This document shows, in pieces, positions 13,001 through 25,589 of a DNA stretch of 64,000 nt. The notes below the pieces were generated by a model, which made no database searches, was not told the DNA's origin, and saw nothing but the letters and a program-made list of their open reading frames with translations. Source of the DNA: Octopus sinensis (taxonomy: Eukaryota). A program made the translations under genes and the position numbers. The stretch's first letter is position 1. Each line of letters opens with the position of its first letter. Location: NCBI RefSeq assembly GCF_006345805.1, contig NC_043011.1, forward strand, positions 34,732,464 to 34,796,463, written 5' to 3'.

Positions 13001-15080
13001 AGGTTATTTCTCCTGCAGCTGTCCTTACCAGGAATATAGCATCAGTAGTACTTTTTCCCTGGCACGAACCCAAAACTGCATATCATTAAGGTAACTCTCT
13101 CTCTAATTAGTTGGGCTAAACCCTCTCCGTAACCTTCATTACCTGATAGCAGCTTGATGCCCCCTGTAGTTATTTGTCTCTAGGGCGGTCGCCTTTACCT
13201 TTGTAAGCAGTTGACTATTATGCTGCTACACCAGTCATTGGGTATGACCCCCTCGTGTATCACCTGGTTAACTATACGGGTGACTAAGCTATAGCCGACA
13301 CACCAGATATTTTGAGCATTCTCTGCAGTAATTCCTGATGGGCCTGGGGCTTTCCCTGTTTTCATGCTTCTAATTGCCTTATCTACTAAGGAACTGTTAA
13401 CTCGGATTGCTGGTCCCTAGTTGGGTCGACATTCGCAGACTCTCTTTATCCCATTCATTTTCTTCATTCAGCAACCTATCATAGTGGCGTCTCCAAGTCT
13501 CTCTCTTGGCACCCTCATTAAGTGCAAGTGAACCGTCCTCCTTGCGAACACATTTCTCTCCTACCCACGTCACGTTCTCTCTCACACACTGTTGCAACAC
13601 GAAATACCTCAAGTCTTTCATCCTCACGACGCAGGACATGGCAAATTTTTCCTTCTCTGCTTCCCTCGGCTAGATAGACCTGTCTCCTGGCTTCCCTCCT
13701 GGCAGACTGATACACTTCCCTGCTACCAACCGTTCTTCCAGGCCTTCCAAGCCTGTTTCTTTTTGTCTAATAGCCCTGTCAACAATATTGTTCCACCACC
13801 ACGTTATTTGGGTCTTAAGGGGACTTTGCACCAGCCACAGATCTGGTCAGCGGCTTTCAGCAGGTGTGTCCCTCAGAAGCGTCCAGTTGTCTTCTACCCA
13901 TGCGTAGCTATACTCCCTTCCATGTCGTCTAAAGCTTCAAATAACATATCTCTAATCTCTGTCCATTCGCAGGGTCTTTAAGCTTCCAGACCCTTTCTCC
14001 ATGTTGGTCGTCTTCTAGTCGCCCTCTTAGTCCTGATCCTAAAGTCACTAACTACCAGTCTATGTTGTGGGGTTGCATTCTTCACTTGGGAAGGTTTGGC
14101 ATTTATAAGCAGCCATCTTTCCCTTTTTCTGGCAAGGATGTAGTCGATTTGGCTAGTATGCCGGCCCGATCGGTAGGTGACCAGGTGGCTTGTCGGTTTC
14201 CTGAAGTGTAGTGTTGTGCAAATCATAAGACTATTCGCATCGCAGAACTCCAGCAGCTGGTTCCCTCCTCGTTGCGGGAACCATAACCGTAGCCTCATGC
14301 ACGCCATGGAAGCCCCCAGCACGTCGTCCCAAAATGCCCATTGAAGTCACCAGCCACAAAGAGAAGGTCTCTGTCGTTCGTCAATGATTGTGGTTCTGCA
14401 GTAGGGTGTCATAGAAACAGTCTTTCTGTCCATAGGTAGCCCTGGCTGAGGGGGGCATAGGCCGATATAATAGTTGCTAAACTATGGTGGAGCACTAATC
14501 TAATCTTAATTATTCTGTCACTTACTCTGACTACCTCGATTACCTTATCAACCCATTTTCGGCGATAAGCATGCCCACACCCCGACTCCGTCAGTATTCC
14601 CAGCCCAGAAAATCTTGTACCTCTGTCCTTTGCCTGTGAGGAACCTAGCAGAACCTCCTCTCCACCTCACTTCTGAATGCAGCATATATCAAAACCCACC
14701 TCCGTTCAAGCAATTTCAACTATCTCGCCAGATCTGCCTTTCAGTGTGCCGACGTTGAGGGTGCCAACCCTGAGGCTGGGGTGGGGGGGGTGGAAGTGGT
14801 ATTGGTCCTAATAGCGTCATGTACCTGAAAAGAAAACTCGCGTTTGGTAGTATTCATAGACAAACAATGGAACTTAAGTTCAAACCTCGTATACAACACT
14901 AAACATATCTTGCAATGACTGAACACTACCTTTTGGAAGGAGGTGGGGGGGCGTAAGACTTTGAGTGTATAAGGGAGACAAGGATGAGAAAAATTTAGAC
15001 TTCCTGTACCGGTGGTGGGGGTGGGCGGGAGGGTGCACCGCGAAAACCGGGCGGCAGCCATTTCTTCCTTCCTGGGAGAG
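10052..15080 (-). mobile_element. Near full-length RTE-clade non-LTR retrotransposon
   Basis: The minus strand encodes an APE endonuclease (RVGTLNVGTLKGRSGEIVE, ICCIQ, TSQIDYILARK) and a reverse transcriptase (LPWELLYADDLAL). The C-terminus is KTRQD*, followed by a long repeat-rich 3'UTR and a (GAT)n tail at 10052. Confidence 0.95.
11752..15061 (-). pseudogene. RTE APE-RT polyprotein ORF, broken by many single-base indels as assembled
   Basis: Stop TAG at 11752-11754 and possible start ATG at 15061. Track ORFs 13978-14322, 13397-13715, 12517-12798 and 11935-12165 are consecutive pieces of it. Confidence 0.85.
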
Positions 15081-15129
15081 AAATAGTTATTAGTAGCTAT
15101 AAATAAATACCTAAATTTTGCCTATGCAA

Positions 15130-15647
<518 letters not shown>

Positions 15648-15650
<3 letters not shown>

Positions 15651-15800
15651 GGAGGCACGTGGCTTAGTGTTTAGGGTGTCAGCATCATAATCGTAAAATT
15701 GTGGTTTCGATTCCTGGACCGGGCGATGGGTTGTGTTCGTGAGCAAAACACTTCATTTCACGTTACTGCAGTCCACTCACAAAAATGAGTAACACTGTGA
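15648..15800 (+). mobile_element. tRNA-derived SINE family 3, 5' part
   Basis: gaggcacgtggcttagtgtttaggg...gtttcgattcctggaccggg...gtgagcaaaacacttcatttcacg. Related to 34110-34445 (minus) and 60215-60330. Confidence 0.6.
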
Positions 15801-15829
15801 TGGACTGGCATCAAGTCCAGCTAGGGAAC

Positions 15830-15872
<43 letters not shown>

Positions 15873-15889
15873 TATATATCTCTCTCTTT

Positions 15890-16680
15890 TCTCTTTTACT
15901 TGTTTCAGTCATTTGACTGCGGCCATGCTGGAGCACCGCCTTTAGTCGAGTGAATCAACCCTGGGACTTATTCTTTGTAAGGCCAGTACTTATTCTATCG
16001 GTCTCTTTTGCCGAACCGCTAAGTGACGGGGGACGTAAACACACCAGCATCGGTTGTCAAGCAATGCTAGGGGGACAAACACAAACACACAAACACACAT
16101 ATATATACATGTATATGACAGGCTTCTTTCAGTTTCCGTCTACCAAATCCACTCACAAGGCATTGGTCAGCCCGGGGCTATAGCAGAAGACACTTGCCCG
16201 AGATGCCAAGCAGTGGGACTGAACCCGGAACCATGTGGTTGGTTAGCAAGCTACTTACCACACAACCACTCCTGCGCCTATGTATACATATTCTTTTATT
16301 CTTTTAACTGGTTTCATTCATTTGACTTTGTCCATGCTTAAGCACCACCTTTAGTCAAAGAAATCAACCCCAGGACTTCTTTGTAAGCCTAGCTCTTATT
16401 CTATCGTTATCTTTTTGCCAAACCACTAAGTTATGGGACATAAACACACCAACATTGATTATCAATCGTTGGTGGGGAGACAAACACAGACACACAGACA
16501 TATACATGTATACGACAGGCTTCTTTCAGTTTCCATCTACTAAATCCACTCACAAGGCTTTGGTCAGCCCAAGGCTGTAGCAGAAGACACTTGCCCAAGT
16601 TGCCACACAATGGGATTGAACCCAGAACCATGTGCTTAGGAATCAAGCTTCTTACCACACACAGCTATACTTGCACCTAT
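15890..16680 (-). mobile_element. Two adjacent SINE family 1 copies (15890-16282 and 16292-16680)
   Basis: Two complete tail-CA-head units in tandem, visibly diverged from each other. Confidence 0.8.
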
Positions 16681-16687
16681 TATATAC

Positions 16688-16741
<54 letters not shown>

Positions 16742-16897
16742 GAAAAAAAACACCTTTTATCAGTTCAAAATGAACAATTAAATTACACCATCTAAAAATT
16801 ACATATAATAGAAATATCAAAATTAAAATAACAATAAAATGTCAATGATTAAGTAAATTGCAAAAAATAATAATAAAAACGTATATAATAGGTAGAA

Positions 16898-16986
16898 TAA
16901 CGACACGTGTTTCGTGGCTATATGTAAGAAATGATTATAGTTGTAGAGAAATCACTTCGATATAAATATAGTCACTCATCAGGTTA
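16898..16986 (-). ncRNA. Type I hammerhead ribozyme (family A), minus copy
   Basis: Reverse complement of 19470-19558 with an intact CTGATGA/GAAAC/GTC core. Confidence 0.75.
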
Positions 16987-18115
16987 AATATAAACTAGAA
17001 CAATAAAATGATTAATTGATAAATATACTTTAATATATATATATACGTATATATGTATATGTATGTATATGTATATATACATATACATACATATACATAT
17101 ACTCTTTCACTTCGCAAAGCTAAGTTTGACCTTTTATTGTTTCTCTATTTCATTCGAATTTTGAATCGTTGTGTGTTTGAAATTATTATTATTGTTGATA
17201 TTATTATTGTTGCTGTAATATTATATTTATTTATAGTTTCTTGATAGTATCTTTTACGTTCAATGCTGAATATGTTATCCTTTAATTGTTATAAAAGATT
17301 TTAACGTTTTACATATTATTTAATATTTAATTTAAGAATTAATATTGTTAGACTATATTTCTTTTAATAATTAGATAGTATTTTCCTTAAATAGTAATAT
17401 TTTCAAATAAACTAATTTTTATTTTAATATAAAGTTTATGTCTAACTTTTTATTGTGTGATATATTTAATCTATAGATATTATACATGGATATTAATATA
17501 ACTAGTTTATATAATGGATTTGAGTATATTTCTACTATTTAAAATTTTGATTGTATTATTTATGAATGGAATCATATTGAGTATATTAATTAGAAGCTAA
17601 AACATATTAATACGTTTAAAATCCAGATAGATTAACATAATCGTTGAACTTAGTAATTTAGTTTGTTTATCAATATTAGTTAGATCTTATTATTTTGAGT
17701 TTGATCGTTGTTATTATTGTTATTGTTGTTGACTGGTTTTGTAGAGGACTGGTGATTGTGATTGTACATCTTCATAGTGTATTGTTCTTTGGTTCTAATA
17801 TTTTTGCACCTTTCTTTAATTTTGGGGGTTGATAGGTTTTCTAACTTTCCATTAACATATTATTCTCGCTATTATAACGTTTTATATTTATTGATAGATA
17901 TAAGTTAAGATATATATTAATTCTTATATCTCTCTTTTTTTAATATATATATATATTTATATATAAAGGGATCTAACGTATTACATTTAATTTAATTTAA
18001 GAATTAATTTTGTCAGACAATATATTATTTTATTATTAGGTGGCTTAAGTATTTGTAATATTAAATTTTAAATTAATTAGGTATTATATTATACAATATT
18101 TAGTCAACTTTGTTA

Positions 18116-18780
18116 TCATCATCATCATCATCATCGTTTAACGTCCGTTCTCCATGCTAGCATGGGTTGGACGATTCGACAGGGGATCTGGGAAGCCAGA
18201 TGGCTGCACCAGCTCCAATCTGATCTGGCAGAGTTTCTACAGCTGGATGCCCTTCCTAACGCCAACCACTCCGTGAGTGTAGTGGGTGCTTTTTACATGC
18301 CACCTGTACAGGTGCCACGATCGGATTGGTGCATCCGATAGGCACGGAAGCCAGTCGGGGCAGCACTGACATCGGCCATGATTTGGATGGTGCTTTTTAC
18401 ATGCCACCGGCACGGAAGCCAGTCGAGGCGACGCTGGCATTGGCCAAGATTCAGATAGCGCTTTTTACGTACCACCGGCACGGAAGCCAGTCTAGGTGAC
18501 GTTGGCATCAGCCACCTTCAGATGGTGCTGTTTACGTGCCACCGGCTCAGGGATCACAACTGCAGTTTCCATTGATTTTGATGTCAGTGTACTTGACTCA
18601 ATGGATCTCCTCAAGCACAGGGTCGAAATGGTGTTTCTTCACTTGCCACCTGCACAGGAGTCAGTCCAGCAGTCCTGGCAACTGCCAGGTGCCAGTCATA
18701 AGATTGGTTCAATTTCGATTCCGATTTCGATTTCACTTGCCCCAACAGGTCTTCGCAAGCAGAGTTTAGTGTCCAATGAA
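18116..18780 (-). mobile_element. RTE 3'UTR/tail fragment (diverged subfamily)
   Basis: (CAT)n-cgtttaacgtccgttctccatgctagcatgggttggacg... and cacttgccccaacaggtcttcgcaag. Confidence 0.8.
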
Positions 18781-19362
18781 GTGGGGTAGATTGTTATATT
18801 AAATCTATAGATACTACACATGTATATTTATTATATCGTTAGCTTATTTAAGGAGATTGTCCATATTTGAACAATTTCTTATTTTGATTACACTTTAATG
18901 ATTTGTACTAGCTTTGCGTATTTCATTTAATTTTAAAGTATTTAATAATTTAAGAATTATTTCATTTTTCACATATGTATATTTAGTATTTTCATACATA
19001 TGTATATATACACACATATATATATATACATATGACAAACATAAATGGGTTTTTTTTCTCCTTTTGTCTCAAAGCCGTAGGGCGCCTGTGTCATCCTTGT
19101 TTTTAACTGTTACTGTCCTCAAAAAATGTTTTTTTCGTTTCATGTTCGTCTCTGTTGCGTTGCATTCTTTCCTTCTGTGGCTGGCCGATTCAGAGTGGAT
19201 CTCAGAATTAAACAGCCGAAATCTGCGATGAGGAGTCAGTTTCTGACTGAAGAACGAAGGCTTTGAATGACCCCTCTGTCTCTTATGTTCGTCCCTTCGT
19301 GTATTTCACGTTATTTATATATGTAAGGTTATATATGTAAAGTTTATTATATATATACATAC

Positions 19363-19429
<67 letters not shown>

Positions 19430-19469
19430 GTATATTATTAATTAATTATTTATTGTTCTAGTTTATTTT

Positions 19470-19558
19470 TAACCTGATGAGTGACTATATTTATATCGAA
19501 GTGATTTCTCTACTACTATAATCATTTCTTACATATAGCCACGAAACACGTGTCGTTA
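19470..19558 (+). ncRNA. Type I hammerhead ribozyme (family A)
   Basis: taac-CTGATGA(19474)-gtgactatat...atatagccac-GAAAC(19543)-acgt-GTC(19552-54)-gtta. Stem I is taac/gtta. Stem II extends through gaagtgatt/aatcatttc. Confidence 0.75.
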
Positions 19559-19851
19559 TTCTACCTATTATATACGTTTTTATTATTATTTTTTGCAATT
19601 TACTTAATCATTGACATTTTATTGTTATTTTCATTTTAATATTTCTATTATATGTAATTTTCTAGATGGTGTAATTTAATTGTTCATTTTGAATTGATAA
19701 AAGGTGATTTTTTTCTAATTTTTTAATTATATTGTGTGAAATTTGATTTAGTATTTCTTATTGAATTTTTTCCTTGTAAGTTTGGATTTTATCCCTCAAA
19801 TAATGATAATTATATATGTGTGTGTGGGTGTGTGTGTGTGGGTGTGTAGTG

Positions 19852-19891
<40 letters not shown>

Positions 19892-19951
19892 CATATATAT
19901 ATATATAGAGATATACATAATATCTATATACATACATATATATCTATATAT

Positions 19952-21875
19952 CATCATCATCATCATCATCTTCATTTAACGTCCGCTTTCCATGCTAGCA
20001 TGGGTTGGACGGTTCAACTGGGGTCTGGGGAGCCCGAAAGCTGCACCAGTCCAGTCAGATCTGGCAGTGTTCTACAGCTGGATGCCCTTTCTAACGCCAA
20101 CCACTCCGAGAGTGTAGTGGGTGATTTATGTGCCACCGACACAGGTGCCAGACGAGGATGGCAAACGGCCACGCTCGGATGGTGTTTTTTATATGCCACC
20201 GACACAGGTGCCAGACGAGGCTGGCAGACGGCCATGCTCGGATGGTGTTTTTATGTGCCACGACACAGGTGCCAGATGAGGCTGGCAAACGGCCACGATC
20301 GGATGGTTTTGTTACGTGCCCACAGCACGGAGGGCCAGTCGATGCGGTACTGGCTACAGCCACGTTCGGATGGTTTTCTTGTGTGCCAGTGCCACGGCAC
20401 TGGTACCACAAAGATACAAATTCCATTGATGTTCATCTATTTTGATTTGTTTTGATTTTCACTTGCCTCAAAAGGTCTTCACAAGTGTCACAAGAAGGAA
20501 GGTATGCACAGGTGGACTGACTACGTCCCAGGTAGGGGCACAGGTTATGGCCTGACTAGTCTTGCCGGGTCTTCGGATGGTGTTTTTATGTGCCACCGAC
20601 ACGGTGCCAGATGAGGCTGGCGAAAAGCCACGATAGGATGGTGTTTGTTACGTGCCCACAGCACGGAGGCCAGTCGGTGCGGTACTGGCTACGGCCACGT
20701 TCGGATGGTTTTCTTGTGTGCCACCGGCAACTGGTACCACAAAGATACAATTCCATTAATGTTCATCTATTTTGATTTGTTTTGATTTGATTTGATTTGT
20801 TTTGATTTCATTTTGATTTTCACTTGCCTCAACAGGCCTTCACAAGTATCACAAGGAGGAAGGTATGCACAGGTGGACTGACTACGTCCCAGGTAGGGGC
20901 CATGGGATATGGCCTGACTAGTCTTGCGGGTCTTCGGATGGTGTTTTTATGTGCCACGACACAGGTGCTAGATGAGGCTGGCGAACGGCCACGATCGGAT
21001 GGTGTTTGTTATGTGCCCACAGCACGATGGCCAGTCGATGGCGGTATGACTACGGCCACGTTCGGATGGTTTCTTGTGTGCCACAGGCACTGGTACACAA
21101 AAGATACAAATTCCATTGATGTTCATCTATTTTGATTTGATTTGATTTTCACTTGCCTCAACAGGTCTTCACAAGTGTCACAAGAAGGAAGGTATGCACA
21201 GGTGGACTGACTACGTCCCAGGTAGGGGCCATGGGTTATGGCCTGACTAGTCTTGCCGGGTCTTCAGATGGTGTTTTTATGTGCCACCAACACAAGTGCT
21301 AGATGAGGCTGGCGAACGGCACGATCGGATGGTGTTTGTAATGTGCCCACAGCACGGAGGCCAGTCGATGCGGTACTGGCTACGGCCACTTTCGGATGGT
21401 TTTCTCTTGTGTGCCACCGGCACTGTGTGTACCACAAAGATACCAAATTCATTGATGTTCATCTATTTTGAATTGTTTTGATTTGATTTTGATTTTCACT
21501 TGCCTCAACAGCCTTCACAAGTATCACAAGGAGGAAGGTATGCACAGGTGGACTGACTACGTCCCAGGTAGGGGCCATGGGTTATGGCCTGACTAGTCTT
21601 GCGGGGTCTTCGGATGGTGTTTTTATGTGCCAGCACCAGGTGCTAGATGAGGCTGGCGAACGGCCACGATCGGATGTGTGTGTTATGGTTTTTTTGTTAT
21701 GTGCCACAGCAGCGATGGCCAGTGATGCGGTACTGACTACGGCCACGTTCGGATGGATTCTTGTGTGCCACAAGCACTGGTACCACAAAGATACAATTCC
21801 ATTGATGTTCATTATGTTGATTTGTTTTGATTTTCACTTGCCTCAACAGGTCTTACAAGTGTCAAGAAGGAAGGA
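19952..21875 (-). repeat. RTE 3'UTR-only element with four tandem ~330-360-bp units
   Basis: (CAT)n tail at 19952. The unit start cacttgcctcaa recurs at 20460, 20821, 21150, 21497 and 21835. There is no ORF sequence beyond the KTRQD* codons. Confidence 0.85.
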
Positions 21876-22044
21876 AGGAAGGAAGGAAGGGAAGATATAA
21901 TATAACATAATCAGGTTTAATGTCCGCTTTCCATGCTAGCACTAGGTTATAAACTTTCTTATAAATATAGGAAGGATAAGATTGTTATTTTAAATAGCAA
22001 TCAAATCAAGTGTGGCAGTATGGGAAGAAAAAAACCTTATAGGT

Positions 22045-22233
22045 ATAATAATTAAAATTATAAATAAGGGCATTAAGAGACACCACCATGCTTGAAATAG
22101 CAGTCAAACCTGACTCTGAAACCACATCAATGTATGTATATATCAATGAGGTGGCTTAGAATCGGGTCTTGACTGCTATTTCAAGCATGGCGGCATCTCT
22201 CAGATACCCTTATTTATAATTTTAAATAATTAT
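22045..22233. mobile_element. Fold-back MITE-like palindrome
   Basis: aaattataaataaggg...ccatgcttgaaatagcagtcaa pairs with ttgactgctatttcaagcatgg...cccttatttataattt. Confidence 0.6.
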
Positions 22234-22261
22234 ATACATACTATATATATATATAATATTA

Positions 22262-23057
22262 CTAGCAGTAGCGCCGGCGTTGCTCGGGTTTGTAAGGGAA
22301 ATAACTATATAAGTTTTTTAGAGAGTTATAGCCAAAAATAGCAAAAAATGCATTAAAATGGAAAAAATATGGATGAATTTTTTTTTAAATCGTTGACTCA
22401 TCGTAGACATTTTTAGAGAGTTACTCCCTTATATAATAGCGAAAAAAAATGCATTAAATGAAAAAAAAACGATGCTAAATTTTTTTTAAATCGTGAACTA
22501 TGTAGACGCTTTCTTAGCCATTTCTGTTTTGGTGTCTTCAAGCCATGAAGTCGTTGTTCTAAAAGAACAATGGTCTCCTTGACAACGCATTACGACGTTG
22601 ATTTCCTTACACTCCCTTCCCCACAGGCGCAGGTGTGAGCGTGGACGCCAACTCCGCCGCCTCGACACACGAAAAAATTATGCATTAAAATAAAATGGAA
22701 TAAAAATGATGTTAAATTATTTTTAAAATCGTTAGACTCATCGTAGACGCGCGCTAATATTCAGACGGGCTCGATATGAATCACGACTATAAGCTACCCG
22801 ATTTGGTAGCATGAGTCTCGATTTAAAAAAAAATTTAGCATCGTTTTTTTTCCATTTTTAATGCATTTTTTGGCTATTATATAAGGGAAGTAAATCTCTA
22901 AAAATGTCTACAATGAGTCAACGATTAAAAAAAAAATTTACACCATCATATTTTTTCCATTTTAAGCATTTTTTGCTATTTTTTGGCTATAACTCTCTAA
23001 AAATGCTTATATAGTTATTTCCCTTACAACCCGAGCAACGCCGGGCGATTATGCTAG
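22262..23057. mobile_element. Non-autonomous Helitron with inverted-duplicated 3' end
   Basis: The hairpin cccgagcaacgccggg plus CTAG|T occurs on the minus strand at 22262 and on the plus strand at 23054-23057. Same family as the 3' half of 48746-49915. Confidence 0.7.
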
Positions 23058-23365
23058 TTGTCAATAAAACAACATATATCAGAAAAAGAAGCATGTAAAG
23101 AATATATATATTATATATACACACACACACATGCACACACAAAGGCAAAATGTAAATTATGCTGACATGATTTAGAAAATAAATATTAAAAGATAATTCT
23201 TGAAATATATAGTGTATACTCATAGCCTAAAATTTATATTACTTTGTCTTATATATATATATATTATAATTATGTGTATATATATATGTGAGCATGTGTG
23301 GTGTGTGTGTGTGTGTATTCCATGTTATCAATAATCAATAATCACCGGTGGAGCCACAAGTGTAA

Positions 23366-23465
23366 NNNNNNNNNNNNNNNNNNNNNNNNNNNNNNNNNNN
23401 NNNNNNNNNNNNNNNNNNNNNNNNNNNNNNNNNNNNNNNNNNNNNNNNNNNNNNNNNNNNNNNNN
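23366..23465. other. Assembly gap (100 N)
   Basis: N run. The flanks 22360-23365 and 23466-24463 are near-identical. Confidence 0.99.
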
Positions 23466-24550
23466 GGAAAAAATATGATGGTAAATTTTTTTTTAAATCG
23501 TTGACTCATCGTAGACATTTTTAGAGAGTTACTTCCCTTATAATAGCGAAAAAATGCATTAAAAAAAAAAAAACGATGCTAAATTTTTTTTTAAATCGTA
23601 GACTCATGTAGACGCTTTCTTAGCCATTTCTGTTTTGGTGTCTTCAAGCATGAAGTCGTTGTTCTAAAAGAACACTGGTCTCCTTGACAACGCATTACGA
23701 CGTTGATTTCCTTACACTCCCTTCCCCACAGGCGCAGGTGTGAGCGTGGACGCCAACTCCGCCGCCATCGACACACGAAATTATGCATTAAAATGGAATA
23801 AAAATGATGTTAAATTATTTTAAAATCGTAGACTCATCGTAGACGCGCGCTAATATTCAGACGGGCTCGATATGAATCACGACTATAAGCTACCCGAATT
23901 TGGTAGCATGAGTCTACGATTTAAAAAAAAATTTAGCATCGTTTTTTTTCCATTTTAATGCATTTTTTGGCTATTATATAAGGGAAGTAACTCTCTAAAA
24001 ATGTCTACAATGAGTCAACGATTTAAAAAAAAATTTACCATCATATTTTTTCCATTTTTAATGCATTTTTTGCTATTTTTTGGCTATAACTCTCTAAAAA
24101 TGCTTATATAGTTATTTCCCTTACAACCCGAGCAACGCCGGGCGATACTGCTAGTTGTCAATAAAACATATATCAGAAAAAGAAGCACTGTAAAGAATAT
24201 ATATATATATAACACACACACACATGCACAACACAAGGCAAAATGTAAATTATGCTGACATGATTTAGAAAAATAAATATTTAAAAGATAATTCTTGAAA
24301 TATATAGTGTATACTCATAGCCTAAAATTTATATTACTTTGTCTTATATATATATATATTATACATATATGTGTATATATATATGTGAGCATGTGTGTGT
24401 GTGTGTGTGTGTATTCCATGTTTATCAATAATCAATAATCACCGGTGGAGCCACAAGTGTAAGGTATAAATTTGTTTGAGTGCACAATGCTCTGATGTAT
24501 AACTATCATATATTACACACACATATATATGCATATATATATATATAACC

Positions 24551-24945
24551 TCATCATCATCATTGTTTAACGTCCGTTTTCCATGCTAGCATGGGTTGGA
24601 TGGTTCGACCAGGGTCTGGGAAGCCAGGAGGCTGCACCAGGCTCCAGTCTGATCTGGCGGTGTTTCTACAATTAGATGCCCTTCCTAGCGCCAACCACTC
24701 CGTGAGTGTAATGGGTGCTTTTTACGTGTCACTGGCACAGGGGCCACACGAGGCTGGCAATGTCCATGATCGGTTGGTGCTTTTTTTGTGCCACTGGCAC
24801 AGATGCTAGTCAAGGCAGCGCAGGTATCGGCCACGTTTGGATGGTGCTTTTTATGTGCTACTGGCACATAGAATTGTAGCTGTATCACGACTACAATTTC
24901 CATTTGATATTTATTTTGATGTTAATGTACTTAACTCAATAGGTC
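24551..24945 (-). mobile_element. Degenerate RTE 3' end
   Basis: (CAT)n-tgtttaacgtccgttttccatgctagcatgggttgg... Confidence 0.75.
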
Positions 24946-24965
24946 GCCCTACGATCCAAGGTATT

Positions 24966-24998
<33 letters not shown>

Positions 24999-25228
24999 CC
25001 GTATATATATATATAATATAAGTTGTGAAATAGAAAATGAATAATCTTGTAGTAGATTAATCAAAAGTTTAACCGATACCTTAGTAGCAAAAACACAGCA
25101 GTAAACAGCACGGTTGGAGGTACAACCATCTGGCGTTGCAACCGTGCGTTTGTGCGGATAATTGAATTAAAACATTGTTGGTGAATTGAAGAAATGGAGC
25201 TGAACGCAGATTGAACAGAATCGTTTTA

Positions 25229-25317
25229 TTTCATTCTACACGTGTTTCGAAAGGCACAAATAACCAAAATCCGATTGAATAATGGGACCATATTGTGTCT
25301 TTCTCTTCAGGAAGAAA
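25229..25317 (-). ncRNA. Type I hammerhead ribozyme (family B), minus copy
   Basis: Reverse complement of 25424-25512. Confidence 0.75.
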
Positions 25318-25423
25318 AAAGGAAATCCGTTGGAAAACAAAAACAGAACAGAGCGGAGCAAAAAATTCGATTTGTTTTTTGCTCCGCCTCTGTTCTGTTT
25401 TTGTTTTTCCACGGTTTTCCTTT

Positions 25424-25512
25424 TTTCTTCCTGAAGAGAAAGACACAATATGGTCCCATTATTCAATCGGATTTTGGTAATTTGTGCCTTTCGAAACACG
25501 TGTAGAATGAAA
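25424..25512 (+). ncRNA. Type I hammerhead ribozyme (family B)
   Basis: tttcttc-CTGAAGA(25431)-gaaagacacaa...ttgtgcctttc-GAAAC(25493)-acgt-GTA(25502-04)-gaatgaaa. Confidence 0.75.
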
Positions 25513-25589
25513 TAAAACGATTTCTGTTCAATCTGCGTTCAGCTCCATTTCTTCAATTCACCAATAATGTTTTATATATATATATATAT

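Larger units (their letters stand above)
16730..19810. mobile_element. Element bounded by ~280-bp inverted arms that carry hammerhead ribozymes (Penelope pLTR-like)
   Basis: 16730-17010 is the reverse complement of 19445-19720. Both arms contain the CTGATGA...GAAAC fold. The AT-rich interior is interrupted by an RTE 3' end. Confidence 0.65.
25168..25574. repeat. ~407-bp near-perfect palindrome containing two hammerheads
   Basis: Centre at about 25368 (aattcgattt). The mirror ORFs 25236-25499 (minus) and 25242-25505 (plus) begin identically. Confidence 0.95.

Noticed and set aside
19225-19270. cgatgaggagtcagtttctgact: possible hammerhead 5' half
   Set aside because: No GAAAC, stem III or stem I partner follows it. 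At best it is a deleted relic.
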